A stretch of DNA of 64,000 nt from Kudoa neothunni (GCA_964304625.1 OZ199839.1:3950670-4014669), one strand, 5' to 3'. Shown: positions 36,601-50,499, counted from the first letter of the stretch. Program-made: numbers and translations. Notes: generated from the letters alone by a model not told the origin.

Positions 36601-39376
36601 CTCAAAATCGACCATCTCTAAAACCTTCCATCCTGAAGTTGTTCCTGTCGCCAAACCTCAAGAAACGATGACTACTTTGCACGACAATAACAAAAACGTA
36701 GAATTTAAGGAAGTTGACAAAGTACACTTTGAGGAAGTGGAAATGGAAGAGGACACGAAACCCGTTGTGATGCCACCTAAACCGCAGAGATTGAAACATG
36801 TCGTTGGTAGCAAAAAAGTACGTGAACGCGATGATTCCATAAATAGGATAATTCAATGGAATTTCGGTTCGTTAAAACCTGCTTATATTTCACACCTAAA
36901 AGAACTCATGACTCCATATATAGAGCCGGAATTACTGGACCAACTTTTTCATACGGATTTTAAGAATCATATAATCGCTGCCAAAACGTTATCTGAAATT
37001 TGTTTGAATGGCAATGAGGTGGAGCGTGAAGCTTATTTTGAATGTTTTGATCTGATCCTAAAGTGGTGTGTTATCAAGTTTTTCGAAATCAATCCTGTTG
37101 TACACGTGAAAGCATTGGAATTGTTACAAATATCGTTGCAAGAATTTCAAAAGGGCGATCGTTTCTTGTGTGATTATGAAGTGAATTCATTTGTCAATTA
37201 TTTGTGCATCAAGTTTGGGGATCCCAGGGAAAATGTTCGCAAACTAGCTCATCAAGTGTTCCACTTATTGGTTCCTTTATACGATTCGGCAAAGCTGTTG
37301 TGCTGTCTTATGTTTGGATTAAGCCATAAATTGATGCGTGTAAAAGCTGATTCTCTCTTCGAAATGACCTCTCTACTAGAAAATGATAATATTGACAAAT
37401 TTGTTGAGGTGCTAGGTCAGGTGAGTTCTGAAGTTGCGAAATTTGTTGTCGATCGCGATGTCAATATCAAGAAAAATGCAATCCAATTCTTTTCTCAAAT
37501 CTATCTCTCGATAGGACCCAATTCGGTGGACTATATTAAAAAATGCGAAAAAACCATTAGAGACATAATTGTAGAAAAATTTAACAAATTGCATCCACAA
37601 TATCTAGCACTGAAACAAAGCCAACTTTCATTACTCGAAGAACAAGATGTGAACTTTCAAAATACCGCCCATGATGATTCCATTATAACAGAAAGTCATT
37701 ATAATGAGTCATTAGATAATAATGAAACCCGTGTTATGGCTTCTGACATATATGATGTAAATTCCTCGCCAATTAATTCAACTGCTGTGGATGTACATTC
37801 TTCGATGCAAATCAGCACCATCCCTCAAAGATATTCTATCGATAAAGATGTCTATTTTCAAGCAGCCAAAGATGTTCGTCCTCCTCCACGACCCAACTTG
37901 ATTGCTATCGATGAAGCTCTGTTATATAATGAACCTAGTCGTGCTGAGTTGACACCAAATTTAGAATATGATTACCATCGTTATAGCATCGAAAATGACT
38001 ATGTGGAAAATTTTCTCAGAGTTGAATCGGTTTTTCACTCTCTAAAACGTGACAACATTATATGCAATTCTATTGGCGAAGAATTATTGAAATATTTCAG
38101 CTGTATGAATAACGATATCATTATTGTTTTGGACGATATGGATGCGTTGGAAAATATTATAGAAGATTATTACACTCGTAATTTGTGGCTATGGATTGAT
38201 GCCTTGGATCTGTTTAATCACTTGGTCGGAACAATCGATATAGACAACTACACCGACATTCAGCATGGCATCAATCACAATTACATTGAAACTTGCCTCT
38301 ATCAACTCAATATTGTCATCCACAACTCCAAATTTGGATCTGCATTCACAGCAGAAATTCAGTCAAAACTTTTCTCTTTCCTTATGGATCTCATTGCTCA
38401 TGAGACTTTCAACAAAATCTTCAAGGTTGGTAGAGTAATCGAAATTATGAGTAGTGTGACTGCACAACTTTTGGTCTGCACTCCTATCATCCAATCGCTA
38501 TCAGTAATACAAGAGTTGATTCAGTGCCATGTAGATAATGTCAAAAAAATTGAATTTTTGCTACGTCTATTTTGGAAATGCTCTCAGGTTGTTGTCACCG
38601 AAATCAAATTTTATCAGGATAATGAGTTGGATAAATTCGTATCAGCATATTATCTTATCTATTCTATCATTATGGAAACGTCCAATAATAACAATAAGAA
38701 TAATAGTGACTATTTTGTGTTGTTGGATCATTGTTTTTCGAGTGTGATGAAACAGCTATCAAAAAATGCACTATATGAGTTGTATTCGATCAACAACGAC
38801 CTCCAAATGCGGTCCCATATTGAAAATACTATCAAAAGATTGGGAATTCAACTGCCAGCCGATACCGACCTTCACGCCGTATGCATTGATAGAGAAATGT
38901 GGATTACTACTCTTGAAAACAAGGTGGCCGATTATATTGATTACAAAAATTCTATAGAGAAACTTGTACGTTACCGTCTTCATGAGGTTGATTGTTCGGG
39001 CCATCATAGAAACAAATTACATCACATTACAAACCTCATCAAATGGAGAACTTCACTTGACAATCTAACCAAAAGTCACGCCAGGCAACACATCATAAAT
39101 GGAAAAATACTGCAGGACAAATATGAAGTGGACTTTAGTTCTTCCAGTTCAACCACCCTCATCAATACTCCCTCTCAACCCGCCAGAAAGTACATATCAC
39201 AACTTTTGGACAACAACAACTCGGGATTAAATCTTTCTAATATGACTTTTGCGAGTCCTGCTGCTTCATCTCTGCCCCCTAGTCCAGGTGTTACTTCTTC
39301 TAACAATAAATCTGCTGGTTCAAATCTTGCAAATCTCAAAGCTCGACTGGAAAAAATCAAAGCCGACAATATCTAA
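27632..39376 (+). CDS. CKAP5: XMAP215/ch-TOG microtubule polymerase (TOG domains)
   Basis: MEEEEWSKLSISDRVSHK/VWKARLDGY (TOG1), DPYDLLDPVDILS exon at 31457-31559, KWQSRKEALE (TOG2), VWKDRLE (TOG3), NWKIRTESLE (TOG4), LFHTDFKNH (TOG5), C-terminal LKARLEKIK; final exon 34193-39376 is uninterrupted. Confidence 0.96.
30162..31251. mobile_element. Non-autonomous piggyBac element in CKAP5 intron
   Basis: TTAA|CTCTCTAATG ... CATTAGAGAG|TTAA (perfect 10-bp TIR, TTAA TSD), plus subterminal inverted repeats containing GGGGTAAAATTTACCCC at ~30300-30330 and ~31185-31217. Confidence 0.88.
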
Positions 39377-41246
39377 ACTTTCAAATATATTCTGTCGTTT
39401 TTTTATCTATCCTAAATGTTTTATTAAATGTTGTTTTCCTCGTGGTACTAATACTGCTATAAATACACTTGTTGTTTGGTTATTTAACTTATATTTTCCT
39501 ATGAAGTTAGTTTTTATAATTTTAACATTTAAAATAACATTCGGCTACTGCACTGCAACTTAGTGTCATAAACTGAAACGCGTAAAGCAATTTTAAAAAA
39601 TAATGACGAGTTGCACAATAATTTTGAATATGAATTTTTTAAATCGTTATAAATAATTTAACTAAGGGAAACACTGGTTTTCGGGACCAACGAGTTTATA
39701 ATTTAATTCGATGAAAATGATCCAGAATATTGTTGCGTGCATGCTATATAAATAATAAAATAGCCAAATGAGGTATACCCTCATATTTAACAAATTTTTG
39801 TTATATGAAAAAAATACAATATAACAAAATAAATTTGAATATGGAAATGTCGCCGAAGATCCTATTATCACATTTAATTTGAGAACTCAGACAATTATTC
39901 ACAGACGCAGGATGTCCCGTAGTTTATATCTACCAAATTAATGATATGGCCTGATTAAGTCAGCAACAATGCGGTGTATAATTAAAATTATCAGTAACTC
40001 ATAATTAACCCCCTAATGCAAGAGTTCTCAACGGTTTTTTCAAATGTACTCCTTCGACCTGGTGAAAAATCCAAATTTACCCCCTTAACTTGGAAGATAA
40101 ATTCACTTTTACTTTAAGGTTTTATACTGGTTTAGCTATTCAGAGGCTATTCTATGGGTAAATTCTGATCCAAAAAGATATAAGTTGACATAAGGACAAT
40201 TTTTGATCCCATCAACTCTTACTCAAAAGCTGTCCACAGATTTATTTTTTTAAATGTTGTTATATTAATTCTGGCCCATTCCGCTCAATTTTAGGGGCCA
40301 GAAATAAATAAAAATAGTCAAAACTTGTGACACCTAAATATTATTGCAAGTGACTATATCTCAGGGAATGAATATCTCCAAAACTACCGCACATATTTTA
40401 TTCATATTTTGCGTATTATCTAATATTTATTTAATTTAATTTTCTGTACCTTTTGGAAAAATTTGAAAGATAAATTTTAAGTAATACAACCACTCCGAGT
40501 CTGAGTCCATCAATAATCTAATGTAACTATCATAAAATTTTAAGTATTTCGATATAAAAGTAGTATCCTCCTTTTAAATTAGTATATATAAATGATTAAT
40601 TTTTCACTAAAAAGTTATTTCAGCCTCCATTGTACTCTTTCGTGTTGGAATGGTATAAGATTAGTTTTAGCATGTTTATATATGGAATATGGTTAGTTTC
40701 CTTCGAAGATCTTTATATTGTTATAATAAAACGTATATAATTAAAATTTTGATTATCACTAACATTATCCTTCTTTTACAAAAATTGTGTATTTATCTGT
40801 GGATAAAGTCATACGGAAAAAGGTTTTTAAACGTGGGTCATATAATAGAAAATAACAAATAAAATGTTTCAATCATTATTGACTGTAAAAAAAATTGAAA
40901 TCAAAATAAATTCCGACAAAAGTTACAATAAAAACAAATTTTTCGATGGTTTTGGTTAATTTAACTTCCAAATTTTGTGGGGAACTTTTTAATAAAGCTA
41001 TATGGTTTATTAATCTACTGGCGAAAATAACTAAGAGTCATGATGACGTTCGTATCGTTCGTTTCCTCAATAAATATGAAGGTTTCTTGGCAAATACAAT
41101 ACTTTCAATTAGATATAATGGGTAACCGATTTTACGCACCAAATAGGCACACATGCAAAAAGAAAATACAACAGATTTTTATTTTTTCAAACTATATCAC
41201 AGGTTTTAAAAATCACGTAAGTAAATTGAGTAAATTTTATTAATCT

Positions 41247-41270
41247 ATATATATATATATATATATATAT
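41247..41270. repeat. (TA)n microsatellite
   Basis: Direct reading; similar tracts at ~3162-3182, ~45781-45800 and ~59812-59829. Confidence 0.9.
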
Positions 41271-42006
41271 CTATGTACACATTAATTGTGAATTTCTTAT
41301 TTGATTTCTAAAACAACAAAATTCCATTATTTTCAACTGTCGAATATTCTTCAATGACATTTCAAAAATCTCTTCTTCAAATTTACACAATAAATTGTAT
41401 TTTCAGTTGCCACCGTCTTTGGTATGTGCTTTAAATTTTGCACGCAATCAATTTTATCTCTTTATAAAACTTTACAGATGTTATTGTAACCACCTCCTGT
41501 TCGATATCCTTCATAGTTGATTACACAACGCTCTTATTTTCATGAATACCGACCATTTGATCTTTCATTATCTCCTACTAGAGCATCATTTCGTCAATTT
41601 CATCCTTTTTTATATTTCATTAATAGAATATAACGTGGAAATCATGAATTGACGAATAGTAATTGTTATTTCATTTTTAGGAGAAAGAGTTTCAAAGAAC
41701 TTCCATATTTCATGTTTTTCTTTAAATGTTCAACGCCTCTGGCTATCAGTGATCACAGCTAGTGATTTCGTAAAATCCACAAGCGGTATAGAAATCGGGG
41801 AAGAAATGTACGTAAAATTGGTCACTACGGACTCTACCTACCTTGGAATTATTTGATATTAAGTGAAGATTTTATATTTTTTAAATGGAAATATTAATTA
41901 CAATAAACTTTATAATATACACATTTAATATGAGAACTATTTACTGTTGTTTAAAAAAATGCATAAAATCCACGATGCGTAAATGCGTAAAATCGGGTTC
42001 CGACTG
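41270..42006 (-). mobile_element. Truncated Tigger/pogo-like remnant
   Basis: Pogo-type terminus TA|CAGTCGGAACCCGATTTTACGCA on the minus strand, followed by degraded coding-like sequence. Confidence 0.4.
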
Positions 42007-43299
42007 TATAATTGGAGATATGTGTGACAGTAAAGAAAAAAGAAATGTTTCATTATTTAATTTCTGATAATGAGAGATAGGAGACTCCTGTTGGTTGAAT
42101 CGGGATCTTATTCATCAAAATTAAAAAACTTGACAAATAATGAGTTAAAACCTCATAAGGAACAATTAAATAATAGCGATTAAGCTGAAAGTAGCATAAA
42201 ACTACCTTTATTAAAAGTTAACATCAAAATTTTATTATTATCTGATTTTTAAACCTAAAAATTTCATCGAAAATATAGTCAATTGTAAGGTCAGGAGGAA
42301 TTCATTTTCAACAATTGTGGATATAAACATATATACAAATTACTTATTACATCATTAAACCGAAAAATTAAATATTACATATCAAATTTATTTTCTGCAT
42401 GTGATAACCGTTATATTTTATGATTTCTAACCCACATGCTCAAGTCGTTATATATTCCATTTCCTTTAGAAATATAAAATAATATGATAACAAAAATAAT
42501 GAAAATTTTTATATTATTTTGTATCCGATAAATGAAAGATTGTTTATTTATCCAAATTTTCAAAAACATACAGAAAATTATGTTAAGTAAATATTAGATA
42601 ATATGCAAAAAATATGAATAAAATACGTGCAGTAGTTTTGGGGATATTCATTCTCTGAGATATAGCCATGTCCAATATTGTTTCCCATGCAAATAGCCAC
42701 TTTAAATAATGTTATTTGACTTCATCACTAAAAAATAAACGAGCTACTTAAGATAGAGACTGATTGTAGTTTTATAAATAATTGTTAAATATTTATTTCT
42801 AAGAACATTTTAGATATTTCTGCCAACTACTTATTGAGTTTAATAACCCTGAATAATATAATTCCTTAGAAATCCTTAAATACATCACAAACCCTTTACA
42901 ACAGGTAACCAATGTTCGGCAATTTCAGACTTTCTTCCCTTAAAATATTACTCTAATATTTTAAACCATACATTTGATTTTATTTGCCGTTCTTAATAAT
43001 AATTTACACAAAATTTAAAAAATGAACATTCTAAAGTGGTTTCTTTCTATTATTAGCGCTTAAATGATTTTCCGTAATTTTTCAGCTATAGTCGAATTTA
43101 GTGGTGTGCCTTTTGTTACATTTATGTCTGTAAAATCTAAAAACGGGGAAATAATAAACCTGAAAGATAAATTTATTGATTTTTTTAAAGTATAATAAAT
43201 AGGAGTGCAAAAATACTACTTTTCGTAAATTTAAACTCTCTTTTATTTCTACTCTAGATATCATCTTGATTAGGAAGAAAGATATAGTTTGATCTTTAA

Positions 43300-44729
43300 A
43301 CTGGTTTGGCTTCTTCAGAGAGAATGAATTTTAAACAGTGTTAAAATCACGACATCGATACTTTAGTATATGACCGGGTGAATTACCTGAGATAATAGAA
43401 ATTGAACTATCTGCCCATGACATTGTACATGAAAGAAATTAATTGACAAAAGAATTGTACCTAAGCGTAGTAATGACCCATGATTGATTTCTTGGTTTTA
43501 AATCACGATGGAATTTAAAAATATCATTGCCCATGGTGGTGGTGCTTATGTTGACTAAAGTTTTGTAGAAAATTGATAATCTAAATTGAAGGATTAAGTC
43601 AAAGGTAACAACGATGACTGTATCTATAATCTTAACGAAACAGCATTATTTTAGTAGCAACAAAGAGGTCCATTATTTTTAATGCTATGTTTTATCGAGA
43701 GAAAAATATTCGAGCAGAGGAAAAAATCTAAAAAATAGTTACCGTTTTGCGGCATACATCTATGCCTAGAGGTTGCATTGAATCTCTTGTGACTGGAAAT
43801 CACAAAGACCTCGTTATTTTAAAAATGCTAAAACATTTCTAGTAAAACACAAATCTAACAGGAAAGAATGGATGACCAGGGAAACATTTGCCAAATATTT
43901 TTCTAACTTTGACAATGAATTCAAAACGAAATACAAGTAAGTTTACTACTTCTAAAAAATACCACTTGCCAAGCCGAAACTCATTTGTCCAATATCTCTG
44001 TTATATTCCTTACAAAAAATTCAACTAACGTTTTGCAACTATTAGACCATGGAATCGTTTTTTGATTCAAATAAAATTACAAAAATAATTTAACAGAAAA
44101 TCATATTTCTGCAGTTAGCAGTGATATAAATACATCTACCCAAGATTCGCTTAAAACATTGTTCATAATTAAAAAATCCTGGGACGGTGTTTCAAAGGAT
44201 ATTGTATTTAATTGTTTCAGCAAATATGGGTTTCCTTCAGCCAATGAATGCGAGCGTTCACCGAATATTAATTTTAGAAATAAAGAATTCTCAGCTGGAA
44301 ATTCCGAGATCAGTCAAGAGGAAGTCAATATGCCTACATCAAAACACTTTGACGAGCTTACTCCCTTGGTTGTTGAATCCGCTAATTTTGAAACTAAAGA
44401 TGAACGAATGGTAGAATTTATATCGTCAACAAATTCATTTAAATGTTTAAACACGCAGAAGAAATATACAACAGAGAGGAATTGATTATTTGGACGAAAT
44501 AATGAGTTAACATCATAAAATTACGGCATACACATTTAAAAATAACATAAATTAACATATTGTTTCAATAAAAGTAGATGATTGTACGAATAAAATTAAT
44601 TTCTTTAAAATAGGTGTATATTTGTTTATCTTCGCGCGCGCGGGATGTTACGGAAAATATGTCACTGGCGCATTTTCAGTAACTTTTTCCATGGTCCCGA
44701 GGGGATTACAGAAAATCGGTTACCTACTG
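43300..44729 (+). mobile_element. Heavily decayed Tigger/pogo transposase remnant with right terminus; left boundary approximate
   Basis: YNLNETALF, SNRKEWMTRETF, NSTNVLQLLDHGI and IKKSWDGVSKDIVFNCFSKYGF fragments; ends ...AATCGGTTACCTACTG|TA. Confidence 0.8.
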
Positions 44730-44799
44730 TATGCAAAAATTTATCCTATGAAATTGGATATCATTTAATTTACTCCCTGATATTTAAAATTTACCCCCA

Positions 44800-45709
44800 G
44801 TTGAAAATCCCCGCTCTAGCGGATTTGGGGTAGAAGTCTACCCCAATGAGACTTTGTCTATTGTATAATTTGTCATTTATAATTTCAAACTTTCTGAGAT
44901 TACTTGTATTCCCTCAAAATTATTTTATTTGTATATGAAAATAAAACAATTTTTATCTATTACATTGGCGGAAATATACATTTTCCATCTTCTGATAGAC
45001 CTTGGGGTAGAAAGCTACCCCACAATTTTTCTTTCTAAAATTAAAGAAGAAATAATTTTTAGTGTAATTGACGAGTTTAGGATTTTCTATAGTCTAGATC
45101 TTACGATATAACGCTTACAAACTATAAATATATCACGTGATTCTATATAAAAACATTTTCGGGTGATGATATTTTTCGGAGGGAGTTCGTGAAATGATGG
45201 CAGAATTATTATATGGCTTACTAACGATGATAATCATGGCAACCAAAACTCTTAAACCGTGTTTAATGTTTATTCCAATAAAATGGGCTAAAAAACCAAC
45301 GATGTGTGCGCAATTTGCAATGAATTTTGGTGTTAGGACCACCTAATAAATGTTTGTGAGTCTCGTTTGCATTAAATATGGTTTAGTTAGGACACAAAAA
45401 ATAGGCTAAGGAATTATGTAGATTAATATTTTAATTTTAAAAGATTTAATTAGAACAACACGCAGCCATTCGAAATCAGAATTAAAAACTAATAGGGCGA
45501 TTGTTGGTGAAAGTCATATTCGTAGAATTATCGGGATTATTAACGAATTTATTTTCACTATAACTCTTTATTATTTTTGTGTATCCACCAAAATCTTCAA
45601 TATTTCTTCTTACGGAATTTTTTTGTAACAAGCGATAAAATAAAAATCTGGGATTGAAAACCACCTCAGAGTCTAACGGAGTGCAGTCGATTTTCGGTCC
45701 ATTAGAGGG
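44800..45709. mobile_element. piggyBac-type non-autonomous remnant; left end eroded
   Basis: Palindromes GGGGTAGAAGTCTACCCC (~44828) and GGGGTAGAAAGCTACCCC (~45004); right end CCATTAGAGGG|TTAA at ~45699-45713. Confidence 0.55.
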
Positions 45710-46236
45710 TTAAGGAGGGGTGATGGTTATTTCACAGGCAATTAATATCTCATGTTAATCAATGGAATTATTCTAATTAAATATATATATATATATATAT
45801 TAAAATAACTTATATAGATATGATTTTTTACAAATTTATAGATAAATACATGCATTACATATTTGTGGTGATATGATGGGTTAACACACTCGAACATCGA
45901 CGCAACTCTGTTACAATAACGAGAAAATAAATATTTATTGTACGATGAAGTCGCTGGAAATATTTATAATCATTTGTTCAAATGAATCACTAGTTTTCCA
46001 TTTCATTCAACCAAAAGGATAATACGTACAAAAATATTACAAACTAAGTTTGGGGACTTTAAAATTGTTTAAATTCAAGAATAAAGAAAAAAATTAACTT
46101 ATTAAATATTTAAAACTGCAACAAGTTGAAGAAGGAATTTTATTAGGATTAAATGAGTTGAGTCAAAAAATACACGTTTATTCATAAAGGTAAAAATAAA
46201 TCACAAGAAATATTGAATATATAAGTGATAATTTTT

Positions 46237-46766
46237 TCACCAAATTTTCCTTAACTTCCAAGCACAATCCAGTACAAGGACCGTCGTCAATATATGGAAG
46301 CCATACAAAATGAGTACAGGGTAATGTAAATGGTCTTGACGGTCCCTAAGCATACGTACAATCACCAAAATTTTAGGGAAAAATTCTAAAAGATTGCACA
46401 GCAACATATAGACAAATAATGCGATTTTGGAATTGTAGTTTATAGCAGTTTTGCCGACAAAAATATTGAAAACAGAAAACAACGTGAGCGTTTCCAAATG
46501 GCTCCAAGGTATAGTATCAATATGGTAGCTTATCAACACCAATAAGCATTAAAGTAAGGTCAAACAACCCAAAGTTACCCATATTTGTCAGAAAAAAAAC
46601 GAATCCAATTAATCAAACACATAAGCGCTTGAAGATAAAAGAGTCGACTTAGTGTGGACTTGATTTGGGCACTGATTCTGTATTTATCAGCAACCCTCTC
46701 TCGGTGTGTAAAATCACTTCCATCGGTTCCAGCAGGGCGTGCGCCTCCTCCTCTTTTTGTTGCCAT
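46237..46766 (-). CDS. JAGN1: Jagunal homolog (ER membrane protein), 2 exons
   Basis: N-terminal GARPAGTDGSDFTHRERVADKY is the Jagunal signature; a short GT-AG intron joins KYG/YHIDTIPW; hydrophobic helices; ends AWKLRKIW*. Confidence 0.92.
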
Positions 46767-46953
46767 GTTTATTACGCGGAAAAAATGAAAACTCAGCTAA
46801 TGAGTTTCTTCGACAAAAATCGGCAATACTCGTCCCCAAGTGACTTGTCCGGTTTACAATAGAAAATTACAGTAATGGATCAGTCGTACGTAATCCCCTT
46901 GGGGATGTGGAAACTGTACGTACCACCGGTCTCAGCCGGATAGTATGTACTTT

Positions 46954-46965
46954 TGCGCAGGCGCA
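46954..46965. promoter_or_regulatory. NRF1-like GC motif upstream of JAGN1
   Basis: TGCGCAGGCGCA about 190 nt 5' of the JAGN1 ATG in otherwise AT-rich DNA. Confidence 0.35.
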
Positions 46966-48399
46966 AAGAAGTATTAGAACACAAGAGTAGCTATAACTTA
47001 AATATTCATGAAAAGATAATTATTGTTTTTGTTTAAAGTACGATCTAAAAATGAATAAACATCCGGAATATAATCAGACATTAACTCCTACTTTTTCGAG
47101 CCACGATGTTTAAAAAGTTGCCAAGACGTTCTAAGTAAAATAAGCCCATCTCTGAACGACTCAATTTTTTAACAATAAAATCATCCGTTTTTGAAATATT
47201 GGGGTGGGAGTGCCATTGCGCCATTGTTATTTCTATGAATTAGAGAGGACATCATTATAAATCACACTACTGTGTATCTACGACATGTGTCTATGTTTAT
47301 CGTTCATTTTTCTACCAACTACCACATTGACGTAACTATACAAACTTACTAATTGTTTCATTGTGGTAAAAAAGGAAGGAAACGCATAATTTAATCACGC
47401 GGTCAAAGCAAAAAGGTACACGTACGACCGATCCTCATGTAACTTTTTATTTTTCGTTGTTATGTACTAATTATACTCATAATTATTTAAAACGAGTATT
47501 AATATCATTAAATCATTTTAAGTACGATAGAATCTTTTAATATGTAAAATAACTAATGTACGTACGAGCGGTCCATTACTGCAATACCAAAGACAATTTA
47601 AATTTTATTTTATGCTTCATTTTAGGAAAATGTGGATCCTGGGTTAAATTAATTATGGTTTCAATTGATATTTTTGAAACGAGTGGCTCATTTAGGCTCC
47701 AGATCATCTTACTTTCTATTTCAGACGAGTCTTCGCGACATTCGGTTTCAACGCATTCATCAGACCATTCTAGTCAATCAGATAAGCTGTCTTCAACTTC
47801 ATTACCATATAATTCCAATTCTTTAATAAATTCCGAAGGGCTACTGCTCATTTTTACTTTTTAGAAAAAGAAGTCAGTATCATATCACAATGATATTTAA
47901 TAAGCTGTCTATCATACTATAACTTAAATATAAAAAAATTTTCAACATTTGTTGTTCAAGCTTAATAGACTACGATTTTTTTAATTTAAATGCCATCATA
48001 TAATTTTTCGTTTTGTTGATTAACCTGTGAGAATAGATAGTCTTTTGTGCTTTAGATAATTTTATGATCGAATTAATATTTGATTTTTAAGTAAGTAAGT
48101 AAATAAACAAATAAAAATAATCTTACTAAATAAAGATTATTATAGTTGAAAAGTAAGGGGAAACGCACATTGTCAATAACAAAAGCATACGATGCAGTGG
48201 TAATTCTTTTTTAATGCAATTATTAGGGATTAATCTGTTGAATTAATAATATTCTTATTGCATTCTTTCTTCGTAATACAATATTATTTTACTGTCCGTT
48301 TTATAATATTTTGAATAAATTTATCAAAAAAATCTGCTGTAAAGTATCCCATAATGCAAGTAAAGATGAATTTATTTCTAAGCCTAATTAAAATAATAT

Positions 48400-50243
48400 T
48401 TTTTGAAAATTTCTTCATCTTACACAACTTTAACGTAGTGATAATAGCTAGAGCTTTGAGAAACTTTATGCGAATTGTAAGAAGTTGTAGTTATATTAAA
48501 GTCGACTTGGGATGTAATACATCCTACTTCATTAGGAAGTTAGTGGGCGAGAGAGACAACCATGCTATACAAGCAAAATATCTATTACAAGAAATATAAT
48601 GTAAGTTATGCAGATAATTCTTGATGAGGAGCAACGAAATAGTCTTCATTTTTTTTAATCAAAGCCTTTTTATGTGAGCGTATTTTGGTCAGAACACTAA
48701 AAAAAGTGACAATATATAACAAGATAGACAATTAATACATAATTGCAACAATCAAGACAAGCGGGAAAATAAAAGCTAAGGATAGAAGTATCAGTATGTA
48801 AGGTTGAAGAAGAACTAAAGCAATGATTAATAATAGATTCAGAATTTTATTATAGAATAATATACATCTAATGGTGGGTTTGTTCGAACTGAGCGCAGTT
48901 ACTATATAAAAATAGTTACAATAACAACATAAAACACCTAGATTCGATATCAATATGCGTGAATTTACATTTAACGGATTCTTCTGCCGAATATATTTGA
49001 TCTTCGATTACATTATTGGCTGTGATAACCACCATAAATGGATCGTTGTTTGTAGTCGAAGTTTGGACAACAATTCTAATTTTTGAGGTATAGAAACCAT
49101 CTTTGAATGTGGTTATATTATTGCTTCTATGTGAGTGAGGCGGTGGCTCAATATGGTAGGTTAATTTGTGAGCTGGTTGAGAGATGCATTCGCAGAGAAT
49201 GACCACGGTGGTATTCCAAGATTTTTTCGAATCTACAACACATCTGAGTTCAGGCTTTCCTATAGAAGGTATTTAAGTTAGATACAGCAGTGATGCAAAA
49301 TCTTACGAAACACCACAAATTTAATAATGGTTTCATTTTTTTGAACCATATTCGAATCCTCATCAATCATCACAAGACTTATAAGAAGAAACTTGTTGTG
49401 CATCCTAGAGGTGACATTTGAAATAACGATATCATTTTTTGTCATTTCAACGAGTTTTATATCGGGAGAATTGTGTGAGGAATCCATGAAAGAGTTTTCA
49501 GTCATTAATTTTTTACCCAATAGTTGAGTACGGTTGTTATTAATGAGATAGATGTCGTATTTGACAACATATCTACTCGGCACTGCGTAACTCCATGAAA
49601 TCATCGCAGTATCTTGATGGAAAACTTTGAGTTTATTCGAATTAGGTGTGCTCATTTTTACATATTGTGGCTCTAAATATGTATTTAATGGCTTTTTTTG
49701 CATCAAAACAAATTACGTTCCAATACGGTAGGGGGTTTGTTTAGGTGATTGGTGAAAATAGGAGCGAAAACAATGAATAATATGCCGAATTTCATTAGAG
49801 TGTATGTGTTAACCAACGCTTGTTCTACGCTTAGTGACACTGATGTGTGTATTAGTTGTTGTGAGAGAATACCTGCATTTGGATTTTCAATCAAATACAC
49901 ACAATAATGGGTTTCTTGTGTTTTCAGGTGTCTTGGTAGTTGGGTTCCGAAAGAGGTTCACTTCCGTTGCGTCCACCTCATTTCCTGTGATCAAAATTAA
50001 TATTCTTAATTATCACTTTCAAAGGTTCACCGCAAACGTGATGGTATAATTTGTTGGGGATGTTTTTTTGAATTAATTTGATTTGTTGAATACTCGACTT
50101 GTGTCATTCTAACCGCTACAGCAGTAATATGCTTACTTGGTTTGACTTTATATAAATTTTCATCCCCTCGTAAATCACTTTTATATTTTATTAAAATTCT
50201 CGTACAGTAACAAAATTTAATCAATAATTGTCAAAATAATCAT
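48400..50243 (-). pseudogene. Putative membrane protein locus (FN3-like extracellular segments + hydrophobic helices) with several frame disruptions
   Basis: Consecutive minus-strand ORFs with splice-like boundaries: KVFHQDTAMISWSYAVPSRYVVKYDIYL (FN3-like) and hydrophobic ILNLLLIIALVLL...ILLSLAFIFPLVLIVAI. It cannot be assembled into one open frame. Confidence 0.4.
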
Positions 50244-50499
50244 TCATTGGATGAGAATAGTAAAAATCCAACTGTTAACTCCAACATTCTAATCCTCTCT
50301 GGTTCTCCAGAGGACTGCCACCCTCCCTCAACATCCTGTTTATTCTATCATGTACCCACCAAAAATAATCCATAAATTGTGTTATATCAGGTATAATAAC
50401 AAAACTAAAAAAATTAGTACAACAGAAAAAGCCTTAACCAATAAATTAAAAGAAACACGCAAATCCGCGCTCAAATCTTCAAAGTTTATTCCTATATAC

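Larger units (their letters stand above)
40345..42668. repeat. Pair of ~120-bp imperfect inverted repeats (~40345-40470 and ~42550-42668)
   Basis: CTATATCTCAGGGAATGAATATCTCCAAAACTACCGCACATATTTTATTCATATTTT... is the reverse complement, with scattered mismatches, of ...AAAATATGAATAAAATACGTGCAGTAGTTTTGGGGATATTCATTCTCTGAGATATAG. Confidence 0.8.

Noticed and set aside
34249-39563. Many short antisense or alternate-frame ORFs over the large CKAP5 exon
   Set aside because: Shadow ORFs of a long coding exon with no recognisable motifs.
47556-47864. 102-aa plus-strand ORF and an acidic minus-strand reading (MSSSPSEFIKELE...)
   Set aside because: The minus reading has an in-frame stop and looks like a decayed transposase N-terminus; no family could be assigned.
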